From NCBI GenBank assembly GCA_905178155.1, contig CAJINV010000045.1:7274-19642 (forward strand): DNA of 12,369 nt, given 5' to 3'. Source of the stretch: Amoebophrya sp. A120. Taxonomy: Eukaryota; Protista; Dinoflagellata. Within the stretch, counting starts at the first letter, position 1, and every line of letters begins with the position of its first letter. Position numbers and translations under genes: made by a program. The notes beneath the pieces are model-generated. The model searched no databases, had not been told where the DNA came from, and worked only from the letters and a program-made list of their open reading frames with translations. Shown here one piece after another: positions 7,703 to 12,369 of the stretch.

Positions 7703-8611
7703 TATGAGATGGACTGAGCGATTCAAACCCAAGCGATTCAAAAATTTTTTTTCAACTAAAACGCATCCCATCAACTCCTCCAAAACGTCCCCGGATTCGG
7801 CGTCGCGCGGAGCAGTTTCAGGTAAGTGGCGGAGATGTCGGCGCCGGGTTATGGAAGTAAAATATGTAGGCCGAAGACTACGAAAGAGGCCAACGTGGCC
7901 GGTCTCAACTTGAGGCAACTACTTGCCATTTTATACTTACAGGCTGCAAAGTAGGGGATGAAGTCAGCGCGTGCGCATGAAGCCTTGAAATGATCGGAAA
8001 AACAAGACGCAACAGTGCCGCCAAGTTGTGTCCCGGGAAAAACGCGCGTCAGCCATGTGAAGGGCAACCCAAGGCCCATTCCAAAACCCAAGCGGGCCGA
8101 CCGCCGGGCATGGCCGGCGGCTTCTGGTGCGCCGTGGTGGGAATGCCTTTGGGCCTGCTCGCGTAAAGGTTGTAAACCTGCGGCAGCCTCGACCAGGTCC
8201 ACGGAGGCCGCGCGGGCTACTATGCCAACAAAAAAATGCAACAAAAAATGCCAACAAAAAAAGCGCCTTGGGGCCAAATAGTGGCAGGCTTGGGCTTCGA
8301 GGGTATCCGCTGTGTAGCCTACTCTGTTGCCCCTTGCTTCTGCGAATTCTTCACGTTTATGAATGCAGACACTCGCCTTGTTCCCCTTCCCGGTTTTTCT
8401 GCGTTCACGTACGCCTAAGTCACGAAGTCAAGTTGAGATCGACCTAGCTTGTTCGCTTGATACTCTTCTGGGCGACGTTTCGGCGAACGCAAAAAAACAC
8501 CCAGAACACAGCCCATCCATGCTGCTGTTCTTTTCAAGAGTCAGGAAAAGCTTGGAACATGAAAGAAAATTTTTGAATCCGTTGATTTTGAATCGCTCAG
8601 TCCATCTCATA
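7703..8611. mobile_element. 909-bp non-autonomous TAT...ATA element (family D), 5-bp TSD CTTGT
   Basis: Perfect 25-bp TIR TATGAGATGGACTGAGCGATTCAAA / TTTGAATCGCTCAGTCCATCTCATA, extended by GATTCAAAAATTTT / AAAATTTTTGAATC. CTTGT at 7698-7702 and 8612-8616. Empty sites TAGGTACCTTGTGGGC at about 3715-3730 and about 7578-7593. No transposase ORF recognised inside. Confidence 0.95.
8222..8262 (+). repeat. Short tandem repeat (ATGC[C]AACAAAAAA[A]) x3
   Basis: ATGCCAACAAAAAA ATGCAACAAAAA ATGCCAACAAAAAAA. Confidence 0.8.
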
Positions 8612-9099
8612 CTTGTTGTGGGCAGCAGGAACGCACGATTCCGCTTCTCTTATGCGTGTTTCTCTTCACCGCTTCCGCTTCGTGTTTCTTTGAGTACTTA
8701 GTTTTGTTGTCTCGTCGTGGTCAATAATTTTATATTCAATTTCGTTTTCTTTTGGTGTGAATAGTACTTCAATAAAATATAAATTCAATATCTGTGAGAT
8801 GAGCAGCCGTCGTTAGTGATTTATGTAAACTTGTAGGGGCAAAGTAGAAGCGTTTATAATTCCGCGAAGAACAAAAGCTTCACATTGTCCTGTTGTGGAT
8901 GTGGGATGTTGCGTACGAATTGTGTACGATAATCAACATATTGTGCACGGCGAGAACAACCGACATGCTGTTGCAAAAACGAGCGATCTCGTTGCACGAC
9001 CGACGGGGTGAAAAATTATAGCCAGCGTCAACCTTGGACAAGATAGTACCAACACCGAAGTAGTTGAAAAGCAGAAGTTGCACGATAATTCGGAAAGAA

Positions 9100-9149
9100 T
9101 ACAAAAAATTTTGCACCATACGAACGTACAGAAAATTTTGCACGATACG
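9100..9149 (+). repeat. 27-bp-period tandem duplication
   Basis: TACAAAAAATTTTGCACCATACG at 9100 and TACAGAAAATTTTGCACGATACG at 9127. Confidence 0.8.
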
Positions 9150-9504
9150 CTGCACGACCGATTTTCATTTTAGGTCTAGACAAGAACGTTTTTGAAATGA
9201 CCGAAACGGTGCGGCTTGGCAAAACTGCAAAATTCGATTCTTCACGTCACCGAAGCGGTATCATTGTTGAGGTTGACCGAAAATAGTTCGCAGGTGACAA
9301 CAAGTGTCACGGTGTATGATGAAACTCGAAGATAGACGATATTGAAATTGGTGCATCGAATATATATATAACCAGTGCACGACTACTTCTTCGTTGAGAA
9401 ATTGGTGCAGCATGGAAAGAACAACAGAGCACGACTTAGTCTTACGGCAAACCAAAGCTCTTACCGAAGAGATCGCGGCTATGTCTCTATTGTTGAGCCT
9501 TTTA

Positions 9505-10640
9505 CTACAAATTCGCAGCTTTTATTCCTCCCACCGCAGCAGCCCGTAAAGCCTCGACTTTCAAGCACCTGTCTTCCACAAGATTTATCATGATGTGTTC
9601 TGCTGGGCGAGAATTATCTTCTTCACTAGCAGCTGTTCTTGTACTAGAGCCAGCTGTTCCTGAATTATTATACAAATTTTCACCAGAAGATGAACTAGCG
9701 TCACAGGATGAAGATGAAATCGCCTCTGCTATAGCCTTTTTTTCCGTTTCCTCTGAAACAAACAAACCAAACTGGAGCCACAGATTTCGAAAGCCGAGTC
9801 GGATCTATCAAGTGCAAACACAAATTGACATCGTCGCCTCTGCACTGGGTCGAGTTCTCAATCAGGTGGCCAAAACCCAAGTCGTCGAAATCCAGCATGA
9901 CAAACTCCAATCTTCTCTTCCATGTATCCCAGTAAAAAAAAATCCCCGCGCGAAAATGTTGCGTCACAAGTTTCAGGCCGGTGTCTCCTTGTCCAAGACA
10001 AATTTCTCATCACGTCGCCCAAGAACAAATCTTCCTTCCGCATCGTATCCGCATAGTAATAGCGTAAGTCACAAGTCGTTTGTCGGGTCGTGATCGGTAT
10101 CAGAGTCTGCATGCGGTAGTCGTCAAAGAACGTCGTCTGCGTATCGATAATCAGGTCGGAATCTTGTTTGCGAACAGCAACAGAAACAAATCTTTCGCCC
10201 CCAGCGAAAACTGCTTGCAAGTGCGCCTCCGGTCACTACCAATTTGATCTTCTACCTAGTGCGACATTGTAGCTGCACATCGACATGATCTTTGCGTAAA
10301 AAGTGCGATGCGTTATTTTAGGTAAGTGGTAGAGGTATACGCACAAGAGCAGGCTGGTACAACTCTCACAGTGTTGCTGTACTTATCACCAGAGGGACCT
10401 CCAGGCGGTGCGTGGGGCTACTGCACCAGACGTGGCCTGTTCTACTCTAGCAGGAGCCATACTAGAATCAATTCAAAAATCTTCTTTAAACAGAAACCGA
10501 CTTTGGTGGACGAGACATGGGCACTCATTTCCACTACCCAAGACCGACCATCTTTGCATTCGATGTTTCGCATTTTTCGATCCGACACAGCGACCGCTGC
10601 ATTCATCATTTCCAGGCATTTTTGGACCGATTCCAACACT
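9505..10640 (-). pseudogene. Possible frameshifted or intron-containing coding remnant of unknown function
   Basis: Repeat-free stretch with protein-like minus-strand frames at 10639-10442, 10220-9858, 9967-9701 and 9765-9505; the last three overlap. One frame switch falls at an A-run (about 9934-9942) and another at an acceptor-like TTTGTTTGTTTCAG (about 9752-9765). No recognisable homolog. Confidence 0.35.
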
Positions 10641-11220
10641 TCACTTTCGTAGAGAACTGATCATTTTTAGATAATTAGACAGCGGGAAAGCAATCCCCTC
10701 AAACGCTTTGGGCGGAAAGTGTAGTGTAGCGCCCCTCTGTGAATTTGCTGGGTCTACTTTCAAGAGGACCGCGCGATCATCTCAAGAACATGTGAACGTC
10801 GGAGCCTGGAGGAGCCTACGCGTCCCCTAGGGGGGCGGGCGTCTGTGTGAGCTCCGGCAAAATCAATTCCATATTGTTCCTGATGGCTGCACCAATGCGG
10901 TTCTCGCTGCGAGCGTCATTTCGATCGATACTTGCGCCACGGTCTTTAGATGTGAAGCAGCTTCAGCGGCAAGCTGAATGTAGTCTCACACATCACGCAT
11001 CATGCCCTCTGACAGATGCTTTTGCGTGCCTGCCACCAGGTACGGCGTTATACGAAATTTCGTAGTGCCCACGGGCGGGAAGCCCCGCGAGGGGTTCAAA
11101 GCTCTGCGTCAGTGCTGGAGTCGTCTGGTGGCACATGTGCCACATAGGCGAAGACCTTGGCAAGACGCTGCGGACATGATAGTGTTTCAAGGTTGATACC
11201 TATCGCATAGCATTCGAGGA

Positions 11221-11544
11221 TATTACAATTAAAAATGCCCCCTCCCCATATCAAAACGGAAATCTGTGATGCAGATTTGTGGCCACAAATCAGCTTTGTG
11301 ATGCTAGAAGGCAAAAGATGCGCCGGACTGTAGTGCTGCCTAACGTGGGAAAGCCTTGCAGCGCCAGGATGACAGGAGGCAACTGGAAGTGGGAAACAGC
11401 ATGACAGATTGCCTGCAATTTAGGCCGCAGCTTCGTCTCTTGGCCTTCTAGCAATACACGTCGATTTGTGTACTCAAATACAGCATCACAAATTCGCGAA
11501 TCTTCCGTTTCCGATATGGGGTGGGGGCTTTTTTCACATTGATA
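11221..11544. mobile_element. MITE-like TAT...ATA element, family H (324 bp), 5-bp TSD GAGGA
   Basis: TATTACAATTAAAAATGCCCCCTCCCCATATCAAAACGGAA ... TTCCGTTTCCGATATGGGGTGGGGGCTTTTTTCACATTGATA. GAGGA at 11216-11220 and 11545-11549. Confidence 0.92.
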
Positions 11545-11604
11545 GAGGAAGTGCGCGGGGCTGTCTTCCACGCGACGGCACTCGGACGACGAATTATATC
11601 AACA

Positions 11605-11813
11605 TATCCCACGAAAAAACTGCTTCACTGTGATGGTTTTGCAAGATCTGCATCACAAGTTTCTTACACATGACACAGAAAATTTGCCATGCGCGTTTCC
11701 CAAGGGAAAACACGCTTAAAAAGCCATTGCGTTGCAGGTGTAGCAAGACAAACACTTTGGTGTTTCGTTCTCTGCATCACAGGTTTACAGTGAAACAGTT
11801 CTTTCTTGCGATA
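11605..11813. mobile_element. Family J element (209 bp), inverted paralog of 3104-3313, TSD CAACA/CAACT (4/5)
   Basis: TATCCCACGAAAAAACTGCTTCACTGTGATG ... ACAGTGAAACAGTTCTTTCTTGCGATA. Internal TTTCCCAAGGGAAAACACGCT is close to the reverse complement of AGCGTGTTTTCCCTTGGGAAG at about 3201. Confidence 0.92.
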
Positions 11814-12369
11814 CAACTACATCACGCATAATTAATGCCTGCTGTTGTGTACAGAATTCGGAGTTTCTGTCCCACTGAAAAATTGAGCTGAAAAATCTGA
11901 TACTGATTGAAAAAGACATCGTTAGTATATGTCTCACAGATGTGAAGAATTGTTGGGCCAAGCAGTCTGCTTGATGAAGCAGATAGAACTAAAACTATAT
12001 TAAGGCTTTTGACGTACTACGGAGGTATTTATGTGCTTGCGGCCCTGGGCACAGAAAGCAGTTTGCTTTCGAGGACAAAAATGGGCCTTCGCCTTTGCCT
12101 ACTAGCTGGAGGCGGGGCGGTAGCGGTGGCGGCTCCAAAAAATTCGCGCCACAAAAGTGGCACGGCCCAAGCCTTACACGCGTAAGGGCGGGGCCGGTTC
12201 TGTTTGGTAGGTACCCGCGCCCCCACCGTAGCTTGGGCCGAAAAAAAGAGAAAGATAAACTTCGTCCGACTTGGTGAGAGGCGTGCCTGCGGCGGCTTCT
12301 CCGCAGCGCCCCGGCCTTTCATGTTTTCGTTTTCTTTCAGATAATACGGCGGCGGCGCCTTTTTTTTTT

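Noticed and set aside
8789-11942. Large 3.1-kb autonomous element bounded by ATCTGTGAGA / TCTCACAGAT
   Set aside because: Only a 10-bp match, the right end lacks ATA, there is no TSD, and no transposase is recognisable inside.
12226-12240. Dinoflagellate spliced-leader relic (CCGTAGC...)
   Set aside because: Only 7 nt match the leader and the CATTTTGGCTCAAG part is absent, so it gives no taxonomic support.

Overview
Repeat-dense, gene-poor window that looks eukaryotic (probably protist). No intact prokaryote-style gene, rRNA, tRNA or CRISPR array is visible, and most of the ORF track is noise from repeats. About 14 non-autonomous terminal-inverted-repeat (TIR) units of 150-910 bp cover roughly 4.8 kb (about 39% by my hand count). 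They fall into about 7 sequence families and nearly all share 5'-TAT...ATA-3' termini. Seven insertions have an exact 5-bp target-site duplication (TSD): TCCCG, CGACC, CGTCG, GGACA, CGTAA, CTTGT, GAGGA. Most sit in a locally duplicated backbone (about 1150-3745 vs about 6218-8690) that supplies empty-site copies for some insertions. Removing the element at 3788-4055 plus one TSD restores a 126-aa ORF for a Cys-rich single-pass membrane protein on the minus strand. This raises the possibility that the elements act as non-canonical introner-type introns. Also present: a two-MITE composite with cargo, an 871-bp foldback, a probable retroposed insert nested in a MITE, a 58-bp hairpin satellite related to the adjacent MITE, and frameshifted coding-like remnants at about 9.5-10.6 kb. 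All alignments were done by eye.
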